From assembly GCA_024648785.1 (NCBI GenBank), contig JABYQB010000001.1, forward strand, positions 54,696 to 118,695: a stretch of 64,000 nucleotides of DNA, in the 5' to 3' direction. Under the pieces are notes generated by a model that had not been told where the DNA came from, did no database searches, and saw only the letters and a program-made list of their open reading frames with translations. Source of the DNA: Candidatus Westeberhardia cardiocondylae. GTDB lineage: Bacteria > Pseudomonadota > Gammaproteobacteria > Enterobacterales > Enterobacteriaceae. Positions within the stretch are counted from its first letter, which is position 1. Each line of letters opens with the position of its first letter. Below are positions 1-9,934 of the stretch, in pieces. A program made the position numbers and the translations under genes.

Positions 1-1
1 A

Positions 2-870
2 GGGGCATTTATTTTATTTAACGGAGATTATTTAAAGGCTTCAGTACATGGTAGATTACATGGTTCATATATAAAAATGAAAAAGATTAGTGTTGGAGCT
101 ACAATTACTATTATGTCTGCTGCAACTTTAGCTGTTGGTATTACAATAATTGAAAATGCATCATGTGAACCTGAAGTAGTTGATGTTGCAAATTTTTTGT
201 TATGTTAGGAGCAAAGATTAGAGGTGTTGGAACTAATATTATTTTTATAGAGGGAGTTGATTTTTTAGGTGGTGGTGTTTATAGTGTATTGCCGGATCGT
301 ATTGAAACTGGTACTTTTTTAGTTGCTGCTGCTATTTCTAGAGGATGTATTGTATGTTATTCTACTAAATCTAGTATTTTAAAATCCGTTTTAGATAAAT
401 TATGTGAGGCCGGTGCAGATATTGATTTTGGAAATGATTGGATTAGTTTAGATATGCATGGAAATAGACCAAAATCAGTTATTATATCTACATCTCCTTA
501 CCCTGGTTTTCCTACAGATATGCAATCTCAATTTGGTATATTAAATTGTATAGCTAGTGGAGTTGGAGTCATTACTGAGAATGTTTTTGAAAATAGATTT
601 ATGTATGTTTCTGAATTAATTCGTATGGGTGCTTGTGTAAATATACTAAATAATAGTGTTATATTTTATGGTGTTGATTCTCTTTTTGGTAATACAGTAT
701 TTGCTACTGATTTACGTTCGTCTGCTAGTTTGACATTGGCAGGTTGTATTTCTGAAGGAACTACAGTAGTAAATTGTGTTGATTATGTTGATCGTGGTTA
801 TGATAATTTTGAATATAAATTATGTAAGATAGGTGCAAATATTGAAAGATTTTATGAAAAAAAATATTAG
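2..870 (+). pseudogene. murA: murA, UDP-N-acetylglucosamine 1-carboxyvinyltransferase. The 5' end lies outside the window. The reading frame is broken by a 1-nt shift at 193-208 (possible pseudogene, homopolymer error or recoding).
   Basis: Frame 2 (2-205) reads ...[52 protein letters not shown]. Frame 1 (199-870, track ORF 202..870) reads [20 protein letters not shown]...[19 protein letters not shown]...[11 protein letters not shown]...[11 protein letters not shown]. Together they are collinear with the C-terminal two thirds of E. coli MurA. Confidence 0.85.
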
Positions 871-933
871 TAAATTTTATTTGATGTTTTTAATTTTTAT
901 TAAAAATTATATAATTCTGTAATTTGTATTGTA

Positions 934-2331
934 TTAATGTAATAATAGAAATATATTCATATTATTTCTAATAATATTTAGAGCTATTATATTTTGTTTT
1001 TTATTTAATAATTTTTTTAGTTGGTTTATATTTTGTATTTTTTCTTTGTTTATACCAACTATCATATCATCTTTTTGTAGTCCAATTGAGTATGCTGGTG
1101 AATCTTTAATTACTTTATCAATTTTTACCCCTCTTATTCCATTTTTTAATTCTCCATTACTTAAATATGCTCCTTGTAGTTCTGTTATTGATATATCTTT
1201 TGTTTCTATTGTGTTACTATGTTGTTCATCTAATATTACTAAGACATTTTTTGTTTTTCCATTTCTTAATAATTCTATTTTTATTTTTTTTCCTGGGTTT
1301 GTTGTTCCTATTTTGGCTCTTAATTCAGAAAAACTTTGAATGTTTTTACCTTCTATAGATAGAATTATATCTCCTGCTTTAATTCCAGCTTTATCAGCGG
1401 CAGAATTTTGTATTACTTCGCTGACAAAAGCTCCTTTTTGTTTATCAATGTTGAATGCTTTTGCTATATTGGATGTAAGTTCTGTACCTTTTATTCCAAG
1501 TTGACCTCTTTTCACTTTACCATATTCTATTATTTGTTGACTAAGATTTTTTACTATGTTGCTTGGTATAGCAAAACCAATTCCAATATTTCCACCACCT
1601 GGTGCTAAGATGGCGGTATTTATTCCAATAAGTTCTCCATTCATATTGACTAACGCTCCTCCACTGTTACCTCTGTTTATGGATGCATCTGTTTGAATAA
1701 AATTTTCTAAACCTTCTAAATTTAAACCACTTCTTCCTAGTGCTGATATTATTCCAGAAGTTACTGTTTGTCCTAATCCAAATGGATTTCCTATTGCTAC
1801 AGCAAAATCTCCAACTTTTAGATAATCTGAGTCTGCTATTTTTATTGATGTAATATTTTTTGTTTGTGGTATTTGTAGTAATGCTAGATCAGTTTGTTCG
1901 TCTTTTCCTATTAGTTTTGCTTTAAATTCTCTTCCATCATTTAGTTGAATGTTTATTTTATCTGCACCACATATTACGTGATTGTTTGTTATTATGTATC
2001 CTTTTTCAGAGTTTATTATTACTCCTGATCCTAAACCTTCAAATTGTTTTAATGTGTTATTTTTTCCTCCAGGTGTTTCAGGAGTAAAGAAATATTTATA
2101 TTCTTTTGGAAATAAATTTTTTTTTATTTGTTGTGTTCCTTCTACATGAATATTTACTACTGTTGGTAGTACTTTTTTTAGCATAGGAGCTAAACTATTT
2201 TTTTCGATTTTTTTTTCTTCTATTCTTTCAATAGAGAAACTTGTGTTTATTATTGATAGGTATAATAAAAGTAATATGGAAAAAGTTAATTTTATTGTTG
2301 ATTTTATAAATATTGATGTTACATATTTCAT
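934..2331 (-). CDS. degQ: periplasmic serine endoprotease, HtrA family (by eye closest to DegQ)
   Basis: 465-aa ORF with a signal-like N-terminus. Catalytic contexts TNNHV, DLALLQI and GNSGGAL are present, followed by two PDZ-like C-terminal regions. Long stretches match E. coli DegQ (FEGLGSGVIIN, IQLNDGREFKAKLIG, GLNLEGLENFIQTDASINRG). Confidence 0.9.
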   Translation of the reverse strand: MKYVTSIFIKSTIKLTFSILLLLYLSIINTSFSIERIEEKKIEKNSLAPMLKKVLPTVVNIHVEGTQQIKKNLFPKEYKYFFTPETPGGKNNTLKQFEGLGSGVIINSEKGYIITNNHVICGADKINIQLNDGREFKAKLIGKDEQTDLALLQIPQTKNITSIKIADSDYLKVGDFAVAIGNPFGLGQTVTSGIISALGRSGLNLEGLENFIQTDASINRGNSGGALVNMNGELIGINTAILAPGGGNIGIGFAIPSNIVKNLSQQIIEYGKVKRGQLGIKGTELTSNIAKAFNIDKQKGAFVSEVIQNSAADKAGIKAGDIILSIEGKNIQSFSELRAKIGTTNPGKKIKIELLRNGKTKNVLVILDEQHSNTIETKDISITELQGAYLSNGELKNGIRGVKIDKVIKDSPAYSIGLQKDDMIVGINKEKIQNINQLKKLLNKKQNIIALNIIRNNMNIFLLLH

Positions 2332-3161
2332 GTTTTATTTTTGTTTTAATATTATATATTAGTAATATTTGTGTTATTTTTTTTATAGTTTTTGTTTAAA
2401 TTTGTTTTTATTTTTATGTTAATGTTTATATTTAAAATTATTGTTTTTGTTTAATTTATTTTGTGTATTGATATAAAAATTCATTTTTCAGTATTAATTT
2501 TATTTGTTTTATTTATAATTTTATTATGTTTTTTATTGATTTAATTAGATCTTCTATTAGATATTTATTTGAATTTTATTATTTTTTTAAATTTTAATTT
2601 GTTTTTTTATTTTATATAAGAATGATATAAAACATTATATTTATAATATTATATTTGAATTGTTAAATAAAGTTATTTATTTTTATATTTTATTTTTATA
2701 GTTTTATGTATAAAATATTTTTTTATTAAATATAAATTAATAGTTTTGATTGTTTTTATTTATAATATTTATGTGTTAAAGTTATTTTTTTTATTTTATA
2801 TTGTAGTTTTTTATGTTTTGAAATTATTTATTTTAATTTTGTTTTGTATAAATTTTAATATTTTTTATTATTTAGATTTATTTAATTTTTTTATTGATAA
2901 ATAATTATTTGTTTTATTTTATTAAATTTAAAATATTTTACATTAAATGTATTTGTTTATTTTTATGTAAATTATGTTTTGTGTTTTATTTGTTTTTTAT
3001 TTTGTTTATATGATAAAAGTATTATTTGTATTCATGTTTTAGAATTAAAGTAAGTTATTTTATTTGTATTATTTTAATATATATTAAATTTGTTTTTGAA
3101 AATTATATTTATTGTTTTGTTGTTATATTTGTGTAGATTTAAGTAAAATATTTTTTAAAAT

Positions 3162-5192
3162 TTATTGTAATAGTGTAATATCTGATATTTTTAGAAATAG
3201 ATTTCTAATTTTATTTAGTAATGTTAATCTATTTATTCTTCTTTGTTTGTTTTTTGTAAATATTTTTACATTTTTAAATAATGCATTTGTTGGTTCGTAT
3301 AATATTATAAGTTTGTTTAATATTTCTATGTATTGAAATGATAAAAATAGTGGTTTAGTATTTTTTTTTAATTGTATTAAAATTTTTGCAAGTTGTATTT
3401 CTTCATTTGTATTGAATGTAATATTTTCTATATTATTTATTTGAATTGTTTCTTTGGATTGTTTTAGAATGTTTATAATTCTTTTGTTTATTGTTATTAG
3501 TTTTTTTGATATATTTAGTGTTTTTAAATAATTTATTGCTTGTATTCTATAATTAAAATCTGTTGGATTTGTTGGATTTTGTGATAATACTGATTTTATT
3601 ATGTCTTTTTTATATCCTTTTCTTTTATATAATGAATAAAGTCTATTAAACATAAATTTCATTATAATATTTTCAATTTTTGATGTTTGAAATGAATAGT
3701 TTTTGTATAATTTTATAGATTTTATTATTATTTTTTTTAAGTCAATTGAAATTTTTTTTTCTATTATTATTTGTAATATTCCTGTTGATATTCTTCTTAT
3801 GTGAAATGGATCATTTTTGTATGTTGTTTTTGTATTTACTATGAATGTTCCAGTTAATGTGTCTATTTTATCGGCTATAGATATTATACTAGATATTATA
3901 TTTGTTGGTAAATTATCGTTAAAAAATTTTGGTTGATATTGTTCTTTTTGTGCTAAATATACTTCTAATGGTTCGTTATCTAATTTTGCATAGTGCATTC
4001 CAATTATCCCTTGAGTTTTTGGAAATTCAGTTACCATATTTGTTACTAAATCGCATTTTGATAATATTGCAGCACGTTGTATGTTTTCAGTGTTAATTTG
4101 TATTTTTTTTGAGATATTTTCTGATAATATTTGTATTCTGTTTGTTTTTTCACGAAGACTTCCTAAGTTTGTTTTGAATGTTATATTGTTTAGTTTTGGC
4201 AGGTATTCTATTAGTTTTAATTTTCTATCTTCTTTAAAAAAGAAATTAGCGTCTTGTAATCTTGAATGTATTGTTTGTTCATACCCTGAGATTATTTTGT
4301 TTTTTTCATTTGATTCGATATTTGAAATAAATATGAAGTATGGTAATATTTTTTTTTTATTAAATATTAAAAAGCATTTTTGTACATCTTGTATTATATG
4401 AGTTAAAATTTCCTTTGGTAGTTTTAAAAATTTTTTTTTGAATTTTGCTATTAATATTATCGGCCATTCTGTTATTGATGTTACTTCATTAAGTAGTTTG
4501 TTGTTTTTTTCAATTTTTCCATCATATTTTTTTATTTTTTTGTTTATGTTGTTTTGTATAATTTTTTTTCTGTAATTGAAATCTGCTATGACTTTTCCGT
4601 GTTTAAATAGTATTTTTTGATAATTTTTTGCATGATTTACAGTTAAAATATTTTTTCCCATAAATCTATGACCTTGTATTATTCTATTTGTTTGTATTTT
4701 TAATATTTCTCCAGAAATGATTTTTTTATTTATTAGTAGTGTTATTGTATGTATTGGTATGATAAATTGATTATCTCCATTTCCCCATCTCATTAAATTA
4801 AATTTTTTTATATTAGTTAATATTTTTTTTGTTATATTAAAAAGTATATTATTTATTTCATATTTTTTTGAATTATTTTGTATATTTTTATTGCATATTT
4901 TTTGATTAATTTTATTATTATTTATTATATTTTCATATTTTTTATTATTAAATTTTGTTTTTATTTGTTCTGATTTTTCGATATTTTTGTTTTGTGTATT
5001 ATTATATTGTAATTTGTTTATTTTAATTGCTATTCTTCTAGGTGAAGCTAGCCAAGATATTTTTTTATATTTTATTTTTTTATTTTTTATTTCTGTTGAA
5101 AATTTTTCAAAAAAATTTTCTGATAAGGTACGAAGTATTTTATATGGAATTTCTTCTGTTCCTATTTCCATTAGGAATGTATATTTTTTCAT
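3162..5192 (-). CDS. glyS: glycine--tRNA ligase beta subunit
   Basis: 676-aa ORF (E. coli GlyS is 689 aa). The N-terminus [10 protein letters not shown] resembles the E. coli sequence. The start overlaps the glyQ stop by 4 nt, as in the enterobacterial glyQS operon. Confidence 0.9.
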   Translation of the reverse strand: MKKYTFLMEIGTEEIPYKILRTLSENFFEKFSTEIKNKKIKYKKISWLASPRRIAIKINKLQYNNTQNKNIEKSEQIKTKFNNKKYENIINNNKINQKICNKNIQNNSKKYEINNILFNITKKILTNIKKFNLMRWGNGDNQFIIPIHTITLLINKKIISGEILKIQTNRIIQGHRFMGKNILTVNHAKNYQKILFKHGKVIADFNYRKKIIQNNINKKIKKYDGKIEKNNKLLNEVTSITEWPIILIAKFKKKFLKLPKEILTHIIQDVQKCFLIFNKKKILPYFIFISNIESNEKNKIISGYEQTIHSRLQDANFFFKEDRKLKLIEYLPKLNNITFKTNLGSLREKTNRIQILSENISKKIQINTENIQRAAILSKCDLVTNMVTEFPKTQGIIGMHYAKLDNEPLEVYLAQKEQYQPKFFNDNLPTNIISSIISIADKIDTLTGTFIVNTKTTYKNDPFHIRRISTGILQIIIEKKISIDLKKIIIKSIKLYKNYSFQTSKIENIIMKFMFNRLYSLYKRKGYKKDIIKSVLSQNPTNPTDFNYRIQAINYLKTLNISKKLITINKRIINILKQSKETIQINNIENITFNTNEEIQLAKILIQLKKNTKPLFLSFQYIEILNKLIILYEPTNALFKNVKIFTKNKQRRINRLTLLNKIRNLFLKISDITLLQ

Positions 5193-6106
5193 GATTGTGT
5201 TTTAATTTTTCTGCAAACTGGAAATCCAAGTATTTTTCTTGAAGTATAATAAGAGTTTGCAATTGATTTTGTTATTTTTTGAATACGTAAAATATAGTTT
5301 TGTCTTTCTGTACATGAAATTGCTTTTCTAGCGTCTAGTAAATTGAAATTGTGTATTGCTTTTAGTATTTGTTCGTATGCTGGTGATAATTTTTTCAATT
5401 TTATTAAATTTTTTGCATGTTTTTCATTTTCTTTAAAAGAGTGTAATAAGAATTCTATAGGTGCGTATTCAAAATTGTAATATGATTGTTCTAATTCATT
5501 TTTATGGAATATGTCCCCGTATGTTATTTTTCCATATGGAGTTATGTTCCATATTATATCATAAATGTTATTTATAGATTGTAGGCACATACTTAATCTT
5601 TCTAAACCATATGTTATTTCGCCTGATATTGGTTGACATTTTATTCCTCCCATTTTTTGAAAATATGTAAATTGTGTTATTTCCATACCGTTTACCCAAA
5701 TTTCCCATCCTACCCCCCACGCTCCTAATGTATGGTTTTTCCAATTATCTTCCATGAATTTAATGTCATGTTTTGTTGGATCTAACCCTATTTCTTTTAG
5801 AGAGTTTAAATATATATCTTGTATATTTTTTGGTGATGGTTTTAGTATTACTTGAAATTGGTAATAGTGTTGTAATCTATTTGGGTTTTTACCATATCTT
5901 CCGTCTGTTGGTCGTCTTGTAGATTGTATATAAGCAATTGAAGTTGGTTCCGGACCAATTACTTTAAAATATGTTATTGGATGAAATGTTCCTGCTCCAA
6001 TCTCAATATCTATTGGTTGTGTAATAGTACATCCTTGTTTTGCCCAATATTTTTGTAGTGAAAGTATTATATTTTGAAATGTATTTGTAATAATTGTTTT
6101 TTTCAT
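5189..6106 (-). CDS. glyQ: glycine--tRNA ligase alpha subunit
   Basis: 305-aa ORF. It is highly similar to E. coli GlyQ throughout ([58 protein letters not shown]). Confidence 0.95.
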   Translation of the reverse strand: MKKTIITNTFQNIILSLQKYWAKQGCTITQPIDIEIGAGTFHPITYFKVIGPEPTSIAYIQSTRRPTDGRYGKNPNRLQHYYQFQVILKPSPKNIQDIYLNSLKEIGLDPTKHDIKFMEDNWKNHTLGAWGVGWEIWVNGMEITQFTYFQKMGGIKCQPISGEITYGLERLSMCLQSINNIYDIIWNITPYGKITYGDIFHKNELEQSYYNFEYAPIEFLLHSFKENEKHAKNLIKLKKLSPAYEQILKAIHNFNLLDARKAISCTERQNYILRIQKITKSIANSYYTSRKILGFPVCRKIKTQS

Positions 6107-6452
6107 ATTTTTTATGAAATCTTTATAATTTTTTTTGGTTATTATTAATCGTATTTTTTATTAATAAAAATAAGTATTAGTATTTTCATTTTTAATTTTA
6201 TTAAAAATGAATTTATTTGTAAATTGGTAAATTATTATTTATTTTATTAAAATTATTTGTTGTTGATTTTTAGTAATTTTGTTTAATTTATATGTAATAT
6301 GTTATTTTTATATATGTAATTTGTATTTTATGTATTATATTATTAAAGTATATAAATTATTTTTTGTTGTTTATTAATTTGTATTGTTTGATATGTTAAT
6401 TTTTAATTGTTTTTTGTGTTTTATTAAATTGTATATTTTACATTTTTAATAT

Positions 6453-6468
6453 TTTTATATTATGATTT
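6453..6468 (+). repeat. spacer motif A copy (TTTTATATTATGATTT), exact
   Basis: The exact 16-mer is shared with 11771-11786, 47051-47066 and 47084-47099, and matches 9542-9557 at 15/16 positions. All copies are in spacers on the + strand. Confidence 0.5.
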
Positions 6469-6532
6469 TTGATTTTGTTATATAATAGAAATTTTCAGGT
6501 AATTTTATTGTTTTTATTTTATAAAAATATCT

Positions 6533-6604
6533 GTCCCTTTCGTCTAGAGGTTAGGACATCGCCCTTTCACGGCGGTAACAGGGGTTCAAATCCCCTAGGG
6601 GACG
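6533..6604 (+). tRNA. tRNA-Glu (anticodon UUC)
   Basis: 72 nt with a cloverleaf fold: acceptor GTCCCTT/AGGGGAC, anticodon arm TCGCC-CTTTCAC-GGCGG, T arm GGGG-TTCAAAT-CCCC. It is nearly identical to E. coli tRNA-Glu. No CCA is encoded; the next bases are ATTA. Confidence 0.93.
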
Positions 6605-6623
6605 ATTATATACTGTATTAAGT

Positions 6624-6649
6624 TTAATTTTTTTATTTTGTTAAATTTT
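6624..6649 (+). repeat. spacer motif B, 26-nt copy TTAATTTTTTTATTTTGTTAAATTTT
   Basis: It is identical over 26 nt to 45424-45449. The core ATTTTGTTAAATTTT also occurs at 39463-39477 and 39665-39679. Confidence 0.5.
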
Positions 6650-7112
6650 GTTTAGTAAGTATTTTGTGTAATTTTTATTGTTTAATTTTTATATTTTATT
6701 TTATTAAAATATATATTTAAAATTTAATTTAAATATTTTTAATTAATGTATTAAATATTATAAAATTTTTTTTTATTATTTTTATACTATAATTTTGCAT
6801 ATTGAAATTTTGTTTTATTTTAATTTGTTATATATTTTATTGTATTTTAGTATTTGAATTGTATGATTTTATAAAATTTTATATATTTTTATAAATTTTT
6901 ATTTTATAATTTTGTTTAGTTTTGAATATTATTTTATTTTAATGTTTTATGTTTTAGTTTCGTTTTAAATGTTATGTGTTTTGAAATTTTGTATTGTATC
7001 TTAATATTTTAGTTTTATTTTTTATTGTTTAAAAGTGTTATTTATATTTTATTTTATATTTGATTTATTTAATGTTAAATATTGTTAAAAATTTTATTTT
7101 TTTTGGATAATA

Positions 7113-8435
7113 ATGGAAATTGAGTTACCTGATTTTAGTAAAGCTAATTTGCTTGTAGTTGGTGATATTATGTTGGACCGATATTGGTTCGGTTCTTTTT
7201 TGCCTGATAGAGGTGTATTTGAAAATTCAATACCTATAATGAAAATAGATTCTGTTGCAGAATGCCCTGGAGGAGCGGCTAATGTTGCTATGCATGCTGG
7301 TTCTTTAGGTAGTTCTGTTTATTTAGTAGGTTTTACTGGTATTGATTGTGAATCTGATATTTTAAATAATAAATTGAGTATTAATAATATTACTTGTGAT
7401 TTTATTAAAGTTCCTAAATATTCTACTATTTTAAAATTGAGAGTTATTTCTGAAAATAAAAAGATTTTTCGTTTGGATTTTGAAAAAAATTTTTTTGATT
7501 TGGATGTTCATGATGAATTGTTAAATCATGTGAAATTGTTTTTTTCTAGAGTTAATATTATGATTTTATCGGATTATTCGAAGGGTACATTGAAAAATGT
7601 TCGAGAGTTAATTTTGTTAGCTAAGAAATTTAATATTCCAGTTTTAGTTGATCCTAAAGGAAATGATTTTTTACGTTATAGTGGAGCTACTTTATTGACT
7701 CCGAATTTGTTGGAATTTGAGTCTGTTGTTGGTTCGTGTAAGAGTGAAAAAATGTTAATTGATTCTGGAATGAAACTTATTAGAGATTGTAATCTTTCTG
7801 CATTATTGATTACGCGTTCTGATAAAGGTATGAGTTTATTGCAAGTTGATAAAGGTCCATTACATTTTCCTTCTTATACTGAAGTAGTGTATGATGATAC
7901 TGGTGCAGGTGATGTAGTAATTGCTATATTGGCTGCTTCTTTAGCTTCTGGTAATGATTTGGAGAAGTCTTGTTTTTTAAGTAATATTTTTGCAGGTATA
8001 CAGATTAAGAGAATGAGAACGTCTTCTATGTGTTATAATGATGTTAATGTTGGTTTTTATAAAAGTAATAAAATAAATTTTGGTATTGTTTGTGAGAAAA
8101 TGTTAAAGAGAGGTATTAAAATAGCACGTAAATGTGGAGAAACAGTTGTTATGGTTAGTGGTTTTTTTAATATTTTAAATGCAGGTCATATTAATTTTTT
8201 TAATAATGTTAAAAAAATGGGGGATAGAGTAATTGTTGCTGTAGAAGATAGTATTTGTAGTTTTGAAAAAAATGTTTGTGTGAATTTAAATAATGTTAAT
8301 TCATTGAAATCTAGAATGTTGTCTTTATCTTTATTAAATTTAATAGATTGGGTAATATCTTTTGAGAGTTATTCTGAATTACGTAGTTTGGTTTCTAAAA
8401 TTTCACCTGATTTTTTTGTTGTATATAAAGAATAA
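7113..8435 (+). CDS. hldE: bifunctional D-beta-D-heptose 7-phosphate kinase / heptose 1-phosphate adenylyltransferase (HldE/RfaE). The C-terminal domain is truncated and diverged.
   Basis: 440-aa ORF (E. coli HldE is 477 aa). The kinase domain is well conserved (VVGDIMLDRYW, PGGAANVA, LSDYSKG, ATLLTPN, TGAGD). The transferase domain is recognisable (VVMVSGFFNILNAGH, DRVIVAV) but ends about 37 aa early. Confidence 0.88.
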   Translation: MEIELPDFSKANLLVVGDIMLDRYWFGSFLPDRGVFENSIPIMKIDSVAECPGGAANVAMHAGSLGSSVYLVGFTGIDCESDILNNKLSINNITCDFIKVPKYSTILKLRVISENKKIFRLDFEKNFFDLDVHDELLNHVKLFFSRVNIMILSDYSKGTLKNVRELILLAKKFNIPVLVDPKGNDFLRYSGATLLTPNLLEFESVVGSCKSEKMLIDSGMKLIRDCNLSALLITRSDKGMSLLQVDKGPLHFPSYTEVVYDDTGAGDVVIAILAASLASGNDLEKSCFLSNIFAGIQIKRMRTSSMCYNDVNVGFYKSNKINFGIVCEKMLKRGIKIARKCGETVVMVSGFFNILNAGHINFFNNVKKMGDRVIVAVEDSICSFEKNVCVNLNNVNSLKSRMLSLSLLNLIDWVISFESYSELRSLVSKISPDFFVVYKE

Positions 8436-8756
8436 TATTTGTTATATTTCATAAATTTTATATTATTTTATCTATTGAATATTTGTTGGTTTTTATTTAT
8501 ATTTTTGTTATTTTTTAAGCATGTGTAAATTAAATTAATTTGATTTTTTATTAATATTTTATTTTGTTAAATAAAATATTAGTGAGTTTTTTTAAAATTA
8601 TAATGTTATTTTTTTGAAATTGATTTGATGAGTTTATCATGAAATAGTAATTGTAATTTTATTTTTTCAATTTTATTTTTTATTTTTTTATTTTAATTGT
8701 ATTAATGTTTTTTTTTGTTTATTATTTTTATTTTAAGTTTTTTTCAAATTATAAAT

Positions 8757-9374
8757 TTAGTAATATGAATATTTATTGTGTTGATGTTTTGTAATGTCTT
8801 CTACTCCATTTAATTCTGGAAAATGTCGTAATAATTTATTTTCTATTTGTTCTTTTAAAGTATATTTTGCCATTGTACATCCGTTACAACCACCATAAAA
8901 TTTAAGTAAAACTTTCATATTATTATTTATTTTTATTACTTTTATTTGACCACCATGATGTATGAGTGTTGGGTTTATGTACAATTTTATAAATTTTTTT
9001 ATTTGTTTTAAAGTTGCTGATAATATTTCTTTGTGATTTGTATTATTTTTTATATTTTTTTGGTTATTTTTTATATTATTGTATGTAATATTTGGTGTTT
9101 CTAATATTAGTTGTGATTTAAATTCTTCTGATATTATTTTTATTTTTGCATTTTGTATGTATGGTAATAGGGATTCATTAACATATAAAGAAAATTTTTT
9201 GAATTTTAATTCTATTTCATTTATTTTTATTTTTCCTTTTTTGAAATATGAGAAGATACATTTTGCATATGGTGTTCCTGGGTTTGTAATAATTATTCTA
9301 ATTTGTTGTTCATTTTTTGTTTTATTAATTAATTTTTCAATATAATTTTCTGCTTTTTTGTCTATGTCTATCAT
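8757..9374 (-). CDS. nfuA: Fe-S cluster carrier protein NfuA
   Basis: 205-aa ORF, collinear with E. coli NfuA. Conserved stretches are NPGTPYAKC, INPTLIHHGG, the GGCNGC motif and the C-terminus HQHNKYSYY. Confidence 0.88.
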   Translation of the reverse strand: MIDIDKKAENYIEKLINKTKNEQQIRIIITNPGTPYAKCIFSYFKKGKIKINEIELKFKKFSLYVNESLLPYIQNAKIKIISEEFKSQLILETPNITYNNIKNNQKNIKNNTNHKEILSATLKQIKKFIKLYINPTLIHHGGQIKVIKINNNMKVLLKFYGGCNGCTMAKYTLKEQIENKLLRHFPELNGVEDITKHQHNKYSYY

Positions 9375-9541
9375 TTTTAATAGTTTTATTAAATTTATGC
9401 AATATAAATTACATATATTATAAATTAATTAAAATTTAAAAGTAAAGTTTTATTATTATTTTAATATTTATTTATATTGTTTTTTATTTTATTTAAATAT
9501 TTTATTTTTTATAAATTAAAATTTTTTATGTTTTTGTTTAA

Positions 9542-9557
9542 TATTATATTATGATTT
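9542..9557 (+). repeat. spacer motif A copy (TATTATATTATGATTT), 15/16
   Basis: It also shares the upstream flank AATTTTTTATGTTTTT with the copy at 47084 (9529-9544 versus 47072-47087). Confidence 0.45.
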
Positions 9558-9934
9558 TTAATATGGTTAAATAAAATCTATAATATAAAAGATATTTAAT
9601 ATGTAATTCATAATTAAATTATATTTTTATTTTTATTATTAAAATAAATATTTTTAAGTTTATAATATTTATATGTTATCATAATTTATGATATTTATTA
9701 TATAATAAAATTTTATTTTATTAAATTTTTAAAGATTTTGTAAATATTGTAATATTTGTATTTTTATATTTTCGGTTTATTTTATTTACATGTTAATTTT
9801 ATAAAAATTTATGAAAAAATAAAATTTTATATAATTATATTTTGTATTTTTTATAAATTATGAGGATAATTTTTATATAATATTTATTTAAATTTTAATA
9901 TTTATTAAAATGTTGTATAAAATATATATTTTAT

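Noticed and set aside
1046-1608. Three + strand ORFs (1046..1339, 1167..1358, 1408..1608) of 63-97 aa.
   Set aside because: They are all antisense to degQ. Their F/L/I-rich translations are typical of reading the T-rich strand. They have no homology and no start context.
3112-5205. The + strand ORFs 3112..3336, 4081..4401 and 4987..5205. The same pattern appears at 9079..9345, 16785..17027, 17553..17819, 17904..18239, 22539..22850, 23398..23604 and 45887..46234.
   Set aside because: Each lies antisense within a well-supported minus-strand gene (glyS, nfuA, prlC, tsaD or yicC). They are hydrophobic F/L/I/C-rich translations with no independent support.
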